This document shows positions 1 through 9,744 of a DNA stretch of 64,000 nt, one piece after another. Position numbers and translations under genes: made by a program. The notes below the pieces were generated by a model that saw nothing but the letters and a program-made list of their open reading frames with translations, searched no databases and was not told the DNA's origin. Every line of letters starts with the position of its first letter. Positions within the stretch are counted from its first letter, which is position 1. Origin of the DNA: a virus; IMG/VR virus record IMGVR_UViG_3300027754_005796, positions 64,001 to 128,000 of that record; one strand, written 5' to 3'.

Positions 1-680
1 TTATATCTTTTAATATAAGGATTTGTCATGGTGGTTAGAATAACTTCGTCGTTATCGGTCGTCTCAATTACTTGATTTTCCATGACATGGTAATTCTGCT
101 TGTTTGATGGGCATTGTATTGCGATATTTCCACATTCTTCGCTGGAGTAGGCAGCAGCCCCGTTTTCGCCTGTGCCTTTGGTGTCGATGAGATTTGTTAA
201 TCTGGTCAAATCCAATTGTTTTAGAATGCTAGGAGTACAATGGATGTAATGGGGATTCTTTTTCTCTAGCCATGTTTGAATTTCATCTAGTGTTTTATAT
301 GGAAAATGATAGCACTTGCCTTGATTGCTTGCCAAACTCAGAGGAAATCCCCAAGTTTCAGATTCTTTTTCCTCGAAAATATTTGGCTTGATAATGGCAA
401 GTGTTTTTGACAAATCCCATTTGCGCCACTTTAGTTCTCGCAAGTTTGTGGCAATATACCAAATGTAATCATCGATAGTTTTTTCAACGGTAACGGGTTC
501 ACCGGTCGAACCAGAGCTTCTTGTCTGATAAAACAAGCTCTGCATTTTCATGTTTCTAAGATCATCTCTAGTGATTATCGGCAAGTGTTGAAGTTTTTCT
601 ACATTTGGAATGTAGTTGTACTGCGTTGTTTCAAAAGCCTCTAGTAGCTTTTTTGCTTCTACTGCAACATCAATCTTCAT
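1..680 (-). CDS. Phenylacetate-CoA ligase/CapK-like adenylate-forming protein (3' end runs off window)
   Basis: Hand translation from ATG 680: MKIDVAVEAKK...LPIITRDDLR...TRSSGSTGEPVTV...AYSSEECGNIAIQCP...YHVMEN...PYIKRY; ANL-family motifs SSGSTGEP and YSSEE. Confidence 0.75.
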   Translation of the reverse strand, partial: MKIDVAVEAKKLLEAFETTQYNYIPNVEKLQHLPIITRDDLRNMKMQSLFYQTRSSGSTGEPVTVEKTIDDYIWYIATNLRELKWRKWDLSKTLAIIKPNIFEEKESETWGFPLSLASNQGKCYHFPYKTLDEIQTWLEKKNPHYIHCTPSILKQLDLTRLTNLIDTKGTGENGAAAYSSEECGNIAIQCPSNKQNYHVMENQVIETTDNDEVILTTMTNPYIKRY

Positions 681-1134
681 TTTGAAAATCCCATATGAAA
701 AAACTGTACTCTGCAAATTTGATTGTTTTGGACGGTTTGATTGATAAAGTGTTTTCGTCTGCAAAATAATTTGCAATTTTCATGGTGGGCAATTTAAAGT
801 TAAATGACCGGACAATCAATCTTTGGCAGCGATTTTGAGCCATTTTTAATACACCGTTGGCAAGTTCTTCTGTGAAATTAAGAACTCCATCTCCAATAAT
901 GTTTGTATAGTTTTCCGTATTCAATCTCCAATCTAGCTTGATTACCGTGGGAGAAGCAAACCACGGATCGTGATCCATTTGTTTATCGCTAAGTTTCAAT
1001 AATAAATGTGTGCAGCCCAACAGTAAGGTTGTGCCTGCAATTTTGTTTTGATAATAAATTTCAACATCGTGTTGATTTGGAGAATATGGAGGAGTCAATT
1101 GAGTCCTCCAATATTCTTTATCGACATAGTGCAT
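670..1134 (-). CDS. Hypothetical protein, possibly degenerate SAM-methyltransferase fold
   Basis: TLLLGCT and NIIGDGVLNF segments; overlaps the downstream gene start. Confidence 0.45.
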   Translation of the reverse strand: MHYVDKEYWRTQLTPPYSPNQHDVEIYYQNKIAGTTLLLGCTHLLLKLSDKQMDHDPWFASPTVIKLDWRLNTENYTNIIGDGVLNFTEELANGVLKMAQNRCQRLIVRSFNFKLPTMKIANYFADENTLSIKPSKTIKFAEYSFFIWDFQNED

Positions 1135-1140
1135 GTTGTT

Positions 1141-1623
1141 TTATTCTATGTATTTCTTTAAAAGGGAATAAACCTGTTTTGCATTATTTGTTTTAATAGC
1201 CTCTTTTAAAATAGCGTCATTTAACTCAGGATCATTCAATTTAGCTATTTCTTTGGCCATGACCTCTGCGGTCTTTTCGGATTTGACAGCCCTGTCTCTG
1301 TACCAGAAAAGAAGCATGGCGATGACGATAATTGAGAAGACAAAAATTAAAGCTCCGTCTCCTTGAATGATTTGAACACCTGTATTTTCATTCCTTGAAA
1401 TTGCTGCGTTAATGTTCAGCATTCCATTTTGAATTTCTTTCAGTTTGCTGTTTTGCACTTGGACATCTTGTCGCAATTTTCCTATTTCAGCTATAATGCC
1501 ATTTTGGTTGGTTTTCATATCTTCTATTTTACCGTTATTGTCTATTCTGGGCTGATTTCTCGGATTGAAATTTGAACATCCAGACAACAAAAGTAAACTG
1601 CACAATATGGCTAATTTTCGCAT
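1141..1623 (-). CDS. Lipoprotein with coiled coil and a transmembrane helix
   Basis: Signal peptide with lipobox LLSGC; TM LIFVFSIIVIAMLLFWY. Confidence 0.6.
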   Translation of the reverse strand: MRKLAILCSLLLLSGCSNFNPRNQPRIDNNGKIEDMKTNQNGIIAEIGKLRQDVQVQNSKLKEIQNGMLNINAAISRNENTGVQIIQGDGALIFVFSIIVIAMLLFWYRDRAVKSEKTAEVMAKEIAKLNDPELNDAILKEAIKTNNAKQVYSLLKKYIE

Positions 1624-1712
1624 CGTACCCCCGATTTATGTATTTACGATTAGTTTTTTTTGTGTTAGATTGGTCTGCCACTTTAATCCTTAACCCGTTG
1701 GAGGACGAAAGC

Positions 1713-2153
1713 ATGGAAGTTTGCGATGCCGATGTCATGGATGATGAAGAGTGCGGAAATGGCGACTACCTCGGCCAATTGACTCTTGATCCTGTTAGAG
1801 AGAATAAGTTTTTTTACCAAAATCGTGAAATTGAAAAGGCCAAACATCACACGGATCGCTTTTTTGCCAATCATCGTTTGCACACGGGAGGCAAGATATC
1901 CAAGACTTTTTTGTATAATGAACGCAGAATGTACATGATTATGAACTATGATATCATGAGGGGAGTTTCTCATGCCTACAATCAGTTGGAGGCCGAGTTT
2001 GGATCGCCTCCCAAGAGCATAGCAGAGATAACTCAAGACATTCGGCTTGTGTTGGATGTTCTTAACATGCTGTCTCGTTCTGGTGTGCCTCAGGAGTATG
2101 CCGGGGGTATGCTTTGTGTTTATTTGGAATTAGTTGAAGGTGTAGCGTTTTGA
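1713..2153 (+). CDS. Hypothetical protein
   Basis: GGAGG RBS before ATG 1713; coupled to next ORF. Confidence 0.6.
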   Translation: MEVCDADVMDDEECGNGDYLGQLTLDPVRENKFFYQNREIEKAKHHTDRFFANHRLHTGGKISKTFLYNERRMYMIMNYDIMRGVSHAYNQLEAEFGSPPKSIAEITQDIRLVLDVLNMLSRSGVPQEYAGGMLCVYLELVEGVAF

Positions 2154-2452
2154 ATCGTGATTGGCTGTTTCTCTCTAGGCAATATGAAACTTATCAGTTG
2201 CCTAGAGAGAAACTTTATTTGTTAAAATATTTTGATTCGCCAATTCAGGAGGCATTTCTTAAATATTTTTTTCTTTTTGGTGACACGGAAAACTTTGTAG
2301 ATCACACAGGCTTTTATTGCCAAGAGCGTTGGGTAAAGCTTCTTCACAAAAAGCTTCGTATTTTGCAAACCGCCAACGCCAAAGCCCGAGCAGAAATAGA
2401 CTTGGCTGGATTGGTTCTTATTGAAACAGGTAAATTTAAATATAAGCTCTAG
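2150..2452 (+). CDS. Hypothetical protein
   Basis: 100-aa ORF overlapping previous stop. Confidence 0.55.
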   Translation: MNRDWLFLSRQYETYQLPREKLYLLKYFDSPIQEAFLKYFFLFGDTENFVDHTGFYCQERWVKLLHKKLRILQTANAKARAEIDLAGLVLIETGKFKYKL

Positions 2453-2467
2453 AGCGCTAAATATGGT

Positions 2468-2698
2468 ATGGCACTCATATCATTTAGCGATTACAGGAAA
2501 AAAATTGACGAGGCGAGCCCAACAACTCGTCTTCGCAATGGCATCATGATGGGAGCTTATCCCATGACTGCTGCTGGAATGTCTCGTTCAACTCCAAGTC
2601 CTGCCTTTGTTCAAAAGGCAATTGACACATTCGGAGCTCCAGAGCACCCTAATAAGAAAAAGCGCAGGAAGAAAAAACACAAGAAAAAACAGGACTGA
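2468..2698 (+). CDS. Small basic protein (possible internal head protein)
   Basis: N-term MALISFSDY; C-term KKKRRKKKHKKK. Confidence 0.55.
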   Translation: MALISFSDYRKKIDEASPTTRLRNGIMMGAYPMTAAGMSRSTPSPAFVQKAIDTFGAPEHPNKKKRRKKKHKKKQD

Positions 2699-2699
2699 G

Positions 2700-3131
2700 A
2701 TGAAGTTGTTCAGCGAATGGTTGGTTGACAAGTTTGATGAAGCGGTTCGTCGTAAAAAGCGCATCGGTTTTAAAAAGCGTTTGCCCTCTGCTGATATCAG
2801 CATGGATGCTTGGATCAAAGCTGTAGAGGCTTTGGCCAAAGACCTTGAAGAGTACAAGAAAGCCAAAAAGATTGCTGATCAGAAGGCTAAGGAGCAAAAG
2901 CAAAAAGATTTGCAGAAGGCTAAGGAGCAAAAGCAAAAAGATTTGCAGAAGGATAAGGAATTGGCCAAAAAACCTAAGCCTGAAACTGTCAAGGGTTTAA
3001 AAAAGCCTGAAAGCGAAAAAGATACACAAACTGTTGGAAAAGATAAGCTGGAAAATAAAGATAAGAAGCAGCTTCCCAAAAAAGCTCCACGCAGCGCTTA
3101 TAATAATAAAGGACGGCGTGGAGATCGGTAA
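2700..3131 (+). CDS. Lys-rich basic protein (possible internal head/DNA-binding protein)
   Basis: MKLFSEWL start; K-rich tail with tandem repeat. Confidence 0.6.
   Translation: MKLFSEWLVDKFDEAVRRKKRIGFKKRLPSADISMDAWIKAVEALAKDLEEYKKAKKIADQKAKEQKQKDLQKAKEQKQKDLQKDKELAKKPKPETVKGLKKPESEKDTQTVGKDKLENKDKKQLPKKAPRSAYNNKGRRGDR
2880..2959 (+). repeat. In-frame 33-bp tandem repeat, two perfect copies plus a partial third
   Basis: cagaaggctaaggagcaaaagcaaaaagatttg at 2880-2912 and 2913-2945 (QKAKEQKQKDL). Confidence 0.95.
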
Positions 3132-3596
3132 ATGTCAGAAGAATTAGACAGATTAATGGGTTTGTCTGAAAATGTCGTGATCTCCGATGATATGCTTCAA
3201 AAAGCGTCAAAAGATTCCCACCGTAAACTTATTGTAAAGCACTCCCAACAGAAAACATATGTGATTGTGGTTGCTGTTGACCAAGATGTCGCTAAGAATT
3301 TCATCAATAAAATAAGCTGCAAAAGAGGCGTGCCTTTGGGTGGTTATGTCTATGATGCTCAGTCCGATGCCTATTACATAGACTGTGCTGATTATTTGCA
3401 TTTGGGATATGTTCCTTTTTCTTTAATTGTAACTATGTCTGAAGTGGATGATTGGGAATTGCAAATTCCTATGCCAGAAATTGTCATCAAGAAGTATTTG
3501 AGCTCCTTGCAAAAAAAAGAACTTCGTAATTTTAAAAATCATTTTAAATCTGAAAATTTTTCTATCCATTACATTCAAATGGTTGATCCCAATTGA
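3132..3596 (+). CDS. Hypothetical protein
   Basis: 154-aa ORF abutting both neighbours. Confidence 0.55.
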   Translation: MSEELDRLMGLSENVVISDDMLQKASKDSHRKLIVKHSQQKTYVIVVAVDQDVAKNFINKISCKRGVPLGGYVYDAQSDAYYIDCADYLHLGYVPFSLIVTMSEVDDWELQIPMPEIVIKKYLSSLQKKELRNFKNHFKSENFSIHYIQMVDPN

Positions 3597-4030
3597 AAAA
3601 AAATATGCTACAAATTGATAAGCATGACTATTGGATGGCGATGTGTTGCTTGTTTGCTTCACGGTCGCCTACTAGCCATTCTGCTTTAATTGTTGAATTC
3701 GACGGCAATTTGATATCAGTAAGCGATAACAGACCATCAATTCCCGATCTTTTTTTGGTGTCGAGTGAATTTACCGCTATTCTCAACTGCAATTCTAATT
3801 TGCAAACCGCCACATTGTACACCACTAGACCTCCAAGTCCTGCTGTTGTTGAGCTTGCGGTTGCCAAGCAGGGTTTAAGGAAAATAGTTTTCTTGTCTGA
3901 TGGAACAGATTTAGTTTTTCCCGATAATTTTAAAAATGGCACTTATTTTGAAGTTATCAAATTTGAAGGAAATCTCAATTGGGTCAGGGATTATGTTGAT
4001 TCTTTCGATTATTTGTCGAATATGACATAA
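3593..4030 (+). CDS. dCMP deaminase-like protein lacking zinc ligands
   Basis: YWMAMCCLFASRS...ALIV...SSEFTAILNC...ATLYTTRPPSP...GLRKIVF follows the deaminase pattern, but HAE and PCxxC are lost. Confidence 0.6.
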   Translation: MKKNMLQIDKHDYWMAMCCLFASRSPTSHSALIVEFDGNLISVSDNRPSIPDLFLVSSEFTAILNCNSNLQTATLYTTRPPSPAVVELAVAKQGLRKIVFLSDGTDLVFPDNFKNGTYFEVIKFEGNLNWVRDYVDSFDYLSNMT

Positions 4031-4037
4031 ATAATAT

Positions 4038-4859
4038 ATGAGTTGCAATTCACCTATTTCTTGTTCATCTACAACTCCCTCTGGTTGTGCCGATCAGTAT
4101 GGATGTATCAGCGGAATTTGTCCAGATTTTACGATCCGTAGGCATGATACAAAGCCAGAATTCAAAGTTCGTATTGATGATTGCGATGGTCCTTTGGATT
4201 TGGAAGATTTAGTTCTTGAGGCCTCAATGTGGGCCAAGGGTAAGTTAAAAATATCTTTGGATACGGACGATACTGTAATTGCTCTTGCCGATGGTATTGG
4301 TTTCAATCAGATAATGGTAGACGATGTCATTTATATGGATCAAGCTAGATTGCCTGAGAAAATGTTAGTGACTGGCTTTGATGAACCTAACAGGTTGGTT
4401 CATGTAGAAAGAGGCTATGGTGACACTTCAGTTCAGGCATGGAAAAAAGGCACTCCTCTTCGCATCATGAAGTTTGTCAATAATTCCGCAAGCACAGAAA
4501 TGGTTTATCAAGATATCTTAGAAATTGATGGAACCACTACTTCAGATGTTTTAACTGATAGTTTTTTGATTTATACTTGGTCTGCAAACGATACTTGCCT
4601 TCCCGGTTGCTATTACATGGAATTTAAGTTAATGAAAATGGTGGAAGCCTTGATGAGGGCTCAGGTTTCTGTGCCAGATGATGAAATACCTGAAGAAATT
4701 GCAGCAAATGATGTAGTGCCCAATTTTACTGATCCTAGCCTTACTCCTACTGACTTTGGATGCGATAAGGCAGCGGAAATTGAATGGATAAGAAGATTTC
4801 CAGTTGATTCCGAAGGATTTTATATTAAAATATATAATTCACCCACCGTGGATGATTGA
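4038..4859 (+). CDS. BppU-like baseplate upper protein (virion structural)
   Basis: FTIRRHDTKPEFKV...PLDL and YTWSANDT..PGCYYMEF...RFP..GFYIKI resemble the BppU N-terminal Ig-like domain. Confidence 0.6.
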   Translation: MSCNSPISCSSTTPSGCADQYGCISGICPDFTIRRHDTKPEFKVRIDDCDGPLDLEDLVLEASMWAKGKLKISLDTDDTVIALADGIGFNQIMVDDVIYMDQARLPEKMLVTGFDEPNRLVHVERGYGDTSVQAWKKGTPLRIMKFVNNSASTEMVYQDILEIDGTTTSDVLTDSFLIYTWSANDTCLPGCYYMEFKLMKMVEALMRAQVSVPDDEIPEEIAANDVVPNFTDPSLTPTDFGCDKAAEIEWIRRFPVDSEGFYIKIYNSPTVDD

Positions 4860-4911
4860 TTCTGACTTGTAAATAAAATTATAATTAACTGGGAGTTTGA
4901 CCAAAAGATAT

Positions 4912-5475
4912 ATGATGAATAACCCGAATTTTGGCAAAAGGCTTAGCAGGGACTCACGGCAGGAAAATGAACACAGAATAAATTGGCAAATCAGAGTGCC
5001 ACAGGTGCGAGTTGTTCGTGAAGAGGAACAACTCGGATTAATGTCTACCGATCACGCACGAAGGTTGGCAGAGGACGAAGGATTGGATTTGGTTGAAATT
5101 GCTCCGACAGCAAAACCGCCAGTTTGTCGCATCATGGATTATTGTCGATACAGATACGAACAAAACATCAAGAAGAAGGAAAATGCTAAAAAGCAGAGAG
5201 AATCTCATGTGCAAATGAAAGAGATTCGTTTGCGACCCTTGATTGCAGACCATGACACCGAGACAAAAATCAATCAAGCCAAGAAGTTTTTGTCTGATGG
5301 TTGTAAAGTCCAATTTAATTTGCAATTCAAGGGCAGACGGGAGTTGAGCCATAAAGAACAAGGTTTTGTGGTGATGCATAAAGTTATGGAATCTCTTGAA
5401 CAAGCAGGTGTCTGCGAAAAAAGACCTACTATGGAAGGAAACAGGATAGTTTGCTTCTTCACGCCTAAAGTTTGA
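4912..5475 (+). CDS. infC: Translation initiation factor IF-3
   Basis: RINWQIRVPQVRVV, GLDLVEIAPTAKPPVCRIMDY, KEIRLRP, FKGRRE, MEGN. Confidence 0.97.
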   Translation: MMNNPNFGKRLSRDSRQENEHRINWQIRVPQVRVVREEEQLGLMSTDHARRLAEDEGLDLVEIAPTAKPPVCRIMDYCRYRYEQNIKKKENAKKQRESHVQMKEIRLRPLIADHDTETKINQAKKFLSDGCKVQFNLQFKGRRELSHKEQGFVVMHKVMESLEQAGVCEKRPTMEGNRIVCFFTPKV

Positions 5476-5482
5476 GGTGTAT

Positions 5483-6730
5483 ATGTTTGATGATGCAATC
5501 AGTTATGAGGCAAGAAGCTTTCAAGCTGAATTTTTAAAGAGATTGCATCGAGTTGGTGGTTATCGCCATGATCCCCAAATTCCCGCATTACTAGAAAAAT
5601 TACAGAATACGGAAAGCACTATCCTTGAATTTGCCTTAGGCGATTACGGCAAAGTTTTGTCTGGTTTTTGTGAAACCTTGGACCTAGAACATCCAGATAT
5701 TGCATCTTTTTTTGATGGGTTTTTTTGCGATGACAATCTGTTTGCTCAGCGATGTATGGAATTGATTGAATTGGCCAAGATCGCTAAAGATGCTAATTTC
5801 AAAACTATTTTCCCATTAATTGGGAAAATGTTGTTGGAAGAATCGATTGAAAAAAATATCTTGAAAAGATTAGATGCTACCAATCAATGCAAGTTTCATG
5901 TGCGCTTGATAAAAGATTCTGCTCGGCGTGAAGAAATCAGATGCACTAAGAAGATGCAGGTAATTGATTTGCAGGCTTTGCAAAAAAAAGGTGAAGAAAT
6001 TTGGAATTCACAGCCCTCAGACTTCAAAAAATTTCTTAGATTTGATGCAGCTTACACAGCCGAATTGCGTCAGGCAGAAAGAAAAATGCGTCGATATGAG
6101 GAATTGGGTTGTTCCTCATTAGCAACCGAAATTAAAAAGAGCATAGCTTCATTTCGTGACAACATGGACCAGTCTTACTATGGTTTCAACCGTATCACGA
6201 TGACCAACATATCGATCATTCTTGCTAAGTCTTTGGGATTTCGCTACAATCCCAAGAATTTCGATTCAGTTAGTTATATGACTCGTTTTGAACCGATGAT
6301 TTCTGTTCCAAAAAGTTTTTTCAATGGGTATAATTTTGATCCTATAACGACCCCTGAGTACATTCCTGTCAGTACATCAACAATTTATTGGCAATCTAGG
6401 TCTGATTTTTATGCGTATGAACCTAGGGTTTATCCTTTGCATGAGTTGCAATCGGTTATGCCCAAGTCTGCATCCGAAATAATTGATACTCTGGAAAATT
6501 TTCCAGATGCTGAAGGTAGACCTATTTTTGATCATTTTGGAATTATTGTGCCGGGCATATCATATATCTTTCATCATTTTGTTAACACAGAAGGCTGTCT
6601 TGAGTCTTACAACTCGTCCGAAGAATGCTGTAAGGCTATGGACAGATTGTTCATTCAGAACAAATTTTTTTATCCTGTCATAGTTGGCGAGAAAGACGGG
6701 AAATGTTTTTTTGTGTCGTATTGGATGTGA
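5483..6730 (+). CDS. Hypothetical phage protein
   Basis: Long ORF with GAGGT RBS; ends PVIVGEKDGKCFFVSYW. Confidence 0.65.
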   Translation: MFDDAISYEARSFQAEFLKRLHRVGGYRHDPQIPALLEKLQNTESTILEFALGDYGKVLSGFCETLDLEHPDIASFFDGFFCDDNLFAQRCMELIELAKIAKDANFKTIFPLIGKMLLEESIEKNILKRLDATNQCKFHVRLIKDSARREEIRCTKKMQVIDLQALQKKGEEIWNSQPSDFKKFLRFDAAYTAELRQAERKMRRYEELGCSSLATEIKKSIASFRDNMDQSYYGFNRITMTNISIILAKSLGFRYNPKNFDSVSYMTRFEPMISVPKSFFNGYNFDPITTPEYIPVSTSTIYWQSRSDFYAYEPRVYPLHELQSVMPKSASEIIDTLENFPDAEGRPIFDHFGIIVPGISYIFHHFVNTEGCLESYNSSEECCKAMDRLFIQNKFFYPVIVGEKDGKCFFVSYWM

Positions 6731-6737
6731 GGGATTT

Positions 6738-6995
6738 ATGAAATACGAATTTACCCGTGATCAGCTTTTGGAATTTTCAAAATTGGTTTTTGAGAAAGCA
6801 ATCAACAGTTATCTTGATTTAAAAGAAGTGACTTGCGAGTCATTGCTGGACAAGTTTTTGGAAGATAAAAAAAGTATCATGCCTCTTACTCATTTGAGTA
6901 TGAGCCCCATAGTCACGGTTGATGGAACCTATTTCTATAGTGGCACAAATGTAGTGGTTACGAATTCGCAGGATTCGATTTTTTCGATACCCTAA
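6738..6995 (+). CDS. Hypothetical protein
   Basis: GAGGG RBS, ATG 6738. Confidence 0.5.
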   Translation: MKYEFTRDQLLEFSKLVFEKAINSYLDLKEVTCESLLDKFLEDKKSIMPLTHLSMSPIVTVDGTYFYSGTNVVVTNSQDSIFSIP

Positions 6996-7014
6996 TAAGA
7001 AAGGTTTGGTAGAG

Positions 7015-7386
7015 ATGGCTAAGAGCAAGATTTTGACTCCTTCCGGTGAGATTTTTGGCACGGATTTGGTTCCTGTAGGCTCCAGAATCCCCAAGCTTAG
7101 TGAGTGTGTGCCCTGTGGCGCTCAAGTGCTTGTTGAAATTCTCACTCCTCAAGAAATGATGGGAACGGATTTGACCGTATCTGATAAGTTGGATTTGAAA
7201 GTCCCTCTTCAAGGTTATGTTCGTGCTGCTGGTCCTAGCTTCAATAGTGAAAGTTGGGGTTTTTGCATTGGTAATCGAGTTTTGATTTCCGGTGGTGGCG
7301 TTATGGCTCCCAATTATGACGGTTGCCACAGAGACCGATTCTTCATGGAACCTCACGCAATCAAGGCTGTGCTGGTTGAAGAATGA
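7015..7386 (+). CDS. groES: Co-chaperonin GroES-like (divergent)
   Basis: VPCGAQVLVE...QGYVRAAGP...IGNRVLI...IKAVL follows the Cpn10 pattern; precedes dnaJ. Confidence 0.7.
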   Translation: MAKSKILTPSGEIFGTDLVPVGSRIPKLSECVPCGAQVLVEILTPQEMMGTDLTVSDKLDLKVPLQGYVRAAGPSFNSESWGFCIGNRVLISGGGVMAPNYDGCHRDRFFMEPHAIKAVLVEE

Positions 7387-8441
7387 AAGACCTGTACGCA
7401 GTCCTTGGAGTTTCAAGAAATGCTACCAAAGACGAAATTTTAAAAGCTTATCGCAAAGGGGCAAAGACGCATCACCCGGATGTAAATCCGGGTGACCCCG
7501 ATGCGCCACGCCGTTTTGGCGAGATACAAGAATCTTACGATATTCTATCCGACCCGAAAAAACGGGCGGAATATGATGCAAGTGGCAGCAGGATGAACTT
7601 TCGTCGTCGTGATTCGGGAATGGGAAACCCGTTCAGCGATGTGATGAATGATTTTTTCGGTAACAACACATTCCGTGGTAGAAATGTACAGATAAGGTTA
7701 GAGATTGATTTAGAAGAAGCCTATACAGGCTGCAAAAAAATCATCAAAGTCAAAAGCAAAAATAAATGTGAAACCTGCAAGGGACAAGGAAGCGTCAGTA
7801 CAGATGTGTGTCAAGCCTGTAAGGGCGAAGGTTTCATCAAGGTGCAAAATGCTCCTTTTGAGTTTAGAAAAAGCTGTGGCGATTGCGACGGTAGTGGCAA
7901 GGTCGATTTAAAACCTTGTGACGATTGTCAAGCCACAGGAACCAAAGCAGGCTATGTAGAGCGTGAAATCGAAGTCGAAGTTCCTATGGGCATGGATAGC
8001 GGTATGCAAATCCGCTTGCCGGGATATGGCGAAGAGTCTATCAAGGGTGGAAAACCGGGCGATTTGGTTGTTTTTATAGTCGTCAGGGATCATGCTCTTT
8101 TTCAAAGAGATGGAATTGACTTGATGATTGATATTCCTGTTTCTTTTACACAGTTAGCTTTGGGTTGCGAACTTGAAATTCCCACTTTGGCAAATGAGCG
8201 TTTAAACATCAAAGTGCCAGCCGGTACGCAATCCCATAGTAAATTTAAGCTTAGAGGTAAGGGTTTGCCTGTTCCCCAAGGATTTATTGGCGATCTTATA
8301 GCAACCGTCAAAGTTGAAATTCCGAAAAATACAAACAAGGATTACGAAGACGCTTTAAAAAATCTTGTAAATTTTGAGCAACAAAATATTGGCCCCAAAA
8401 AAGAGCTTTGGCTAAAAAATATGTCAAAAGCCAATAGATAA
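7383..8441 (+). CDS. dnaJ: Chaperone DnaJ (class A)
   Basis: J domain with HPD, four CxxCxxxG zinc motifs, C-terminal domain GDLVV/LRGKGLP. Confidence 0.96.
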   Translation: MKDLYAVLGVSRNATKDEILKAYRKGAKTHHPDVNPGDPDAPRRFGEIQESYDILSDPKKRAEYDASGSRMNFRRRDSGMGNPFSDVMNDFFGNNTFRGRNVQIRLEIDLEEAYTGCKKIIKVKSKNKCETCKGQGSVSTDVCQACKGEGFIKVQNAPFEFRKSCGDCDGSGKVDLKPCDDCQATGTKAGYVEREIEVEVPMGMDSGMQIRLPGYGEESIKGGKPGDLVVFIVVRDHALFQRDGIDLMIDIPVSFTQLALGCELEIPTLANERLNIKVPAGTQSHSKFKLRGKGLPVPQGFIGDLIATVKVEIPKNTNKDYEDALKNLVNFEQQNIGPKKELWLKNMSKANR

Positions 8442-8473
8442 CCGTAAAGGATTTTCTTCATTCAGGGGTAAAA

Positions 8474-8677
8474 ATGAACAATATAAACAACAAGTTTTTT
8501 TGGGTTGTCGTTGCCTTGACCGGCTTTATGCTTGTCGTGGGCGTTGGTGGCAAGTTTTTTGTTGACAGAGTTGCTGATGTTGTTGTGGAAAAACTTAAGA
8601 AGAAATATAGCCCTTCTCCCTATGGTCCGGGGCTTGATCCAGACAAAATCGATGTTTCCAAGCTTCAAGGCAACTAG
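8474..8677 (+). CDS. Small membrane protein
   Basis: N-terminal TM helix; YSPSPYGPG tail. Confidence 0.55.
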   Translation: MNNINNKFFWVVVALTGFMLVVGVGGKFFVDRVADVVVEKLKKKYSPSPYGPGLDPDKIDVSKLQGN

Positions 8678-9021
8678 AAGACCTGACAACTTTGTATTGG
8701 CGACGGCTTGTCCGAGTGATCTTGTGGCAATCTGAATAGTTTGGCTACCATCGTTTTACCAATTACCGGCACGCCTTTTATTCTTTTGAATTCATCGTTT
8801 GTAAAAAACAATTTTGAACCATCATCCAACTGCACAAAGATTGGATTTTTTTTGTTAATCAAAATAATTATTTTACCTTTTTTGGTTACCGATGGAATAT
8901 CGAGTTCCATATTAGGAATTTGAAACTCTTTTGCCCAAGAATAATCTTCGACGCAAATTGCCCCATATTTGACAAGTCCGTCTTTAATATTCACATATTC
9001 TTGAAAATTGTTAATCATCAC
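8674..9021 (-). CDS. Hypothetical protein
   Basis: MINNFQEY-type N-terminus. Confidence 0.55.
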   Translation of the reverse strand: MMINNFQEYVNIKDGLVKYGAICVEDYSWAKEFQIPNMELDIPSVTKKGKIIILINKKNPIFVQLDDGSKLFFTNDEFKRIKGVPVIGKTMVAKLFRLPQDHSDKPSPIQSCQVF

Positions 9022-9065
9022 TACTCTTTTAAATATATTATCTTACAGGGTTATTTAGCAGACAA

Positions 9066-9368
9066 ATGGAAAGAAAATACAATATTACATCCGGTTCAGT
9101 AGTTATGTCGATGGTCTTTACGGTCCAAAAGGTTGATACTTCTGACGAGTTGCTGACCATACATGCAGCAGTTGATATGGGCAATGAAAAAGTGTACTTT
9201 GTTGGTGATCAAATACCGGATATCGATTACAAGGATTTAGAGCTTGAGATTTTGCATTTTATTCAACCACAATTGACCGAGGGTCCAGAATTATCGCCTG
9301 ATATTCTTGCTCGAGTCGCTGAAATTCGTAGTGGGCAGTTTGAAGGTAAGAATATTCGACAGTTTTAA
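9066..9368 (+). CDS. Hypothetical protein
   Basis: 100-aa ORF. Confidence 0.5.
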   Translation: MERKYNITSGSVVMSMVFTVQKVDTSDELLTIHAAVDMGNEKVYFVGDQIPDIDYKDLELEILHFIQPQLTEGPELSPDILARVAEIRSGQFEGKNIRQF

Positions 9369-9375
9369 GGAAAAC

Positions 9376-9744
9376 ATGGCTACAAACAACACAGAATCAG
9401 TAAATTTCAAAATTACCGCTACAGGCAATTCAGATGCCGATGAAAGAAAGCCCTGCAACCTGCACAGGTTGACTTTGGAAAAAGTCCATAAATGGCTGGA
9501 TGCTAGAGAATTAGACGAGGCGACTAGAAAGCGCCTCAAGAAAATGTGCAGTACATATCCAGAAGAGGCATTGGAAAATTGGTTGAATAATTTTACAATT
9601 CATTTATCCAGAGCTCGTCAGTATCTTGCCAAAAACACCAAGCCTAAGACTGTAGAAGAAAGTTTTGAGGATGTTTTTCCAGAATTGATTAAAGACAATC
9701 ACACAAACCCCGGTGCAGTCCCACATGTCGAAGAATTTGAATAA
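9376..9744 (+). CDS. Hypothetical protein
   Basis: AAGGA RBS, ATG 9376. Confidence 0.55.
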   Translation: MATNNTESVNFKITATGNSDADERKPCNLHRLTLEKVHKWLDARELDEATRKRLKKMCSTYPEEALENWLNNFTIHLSRARQYLAKNTKPKTVEESFEDVFPELIKDNHTNPGAVPHVEEFE

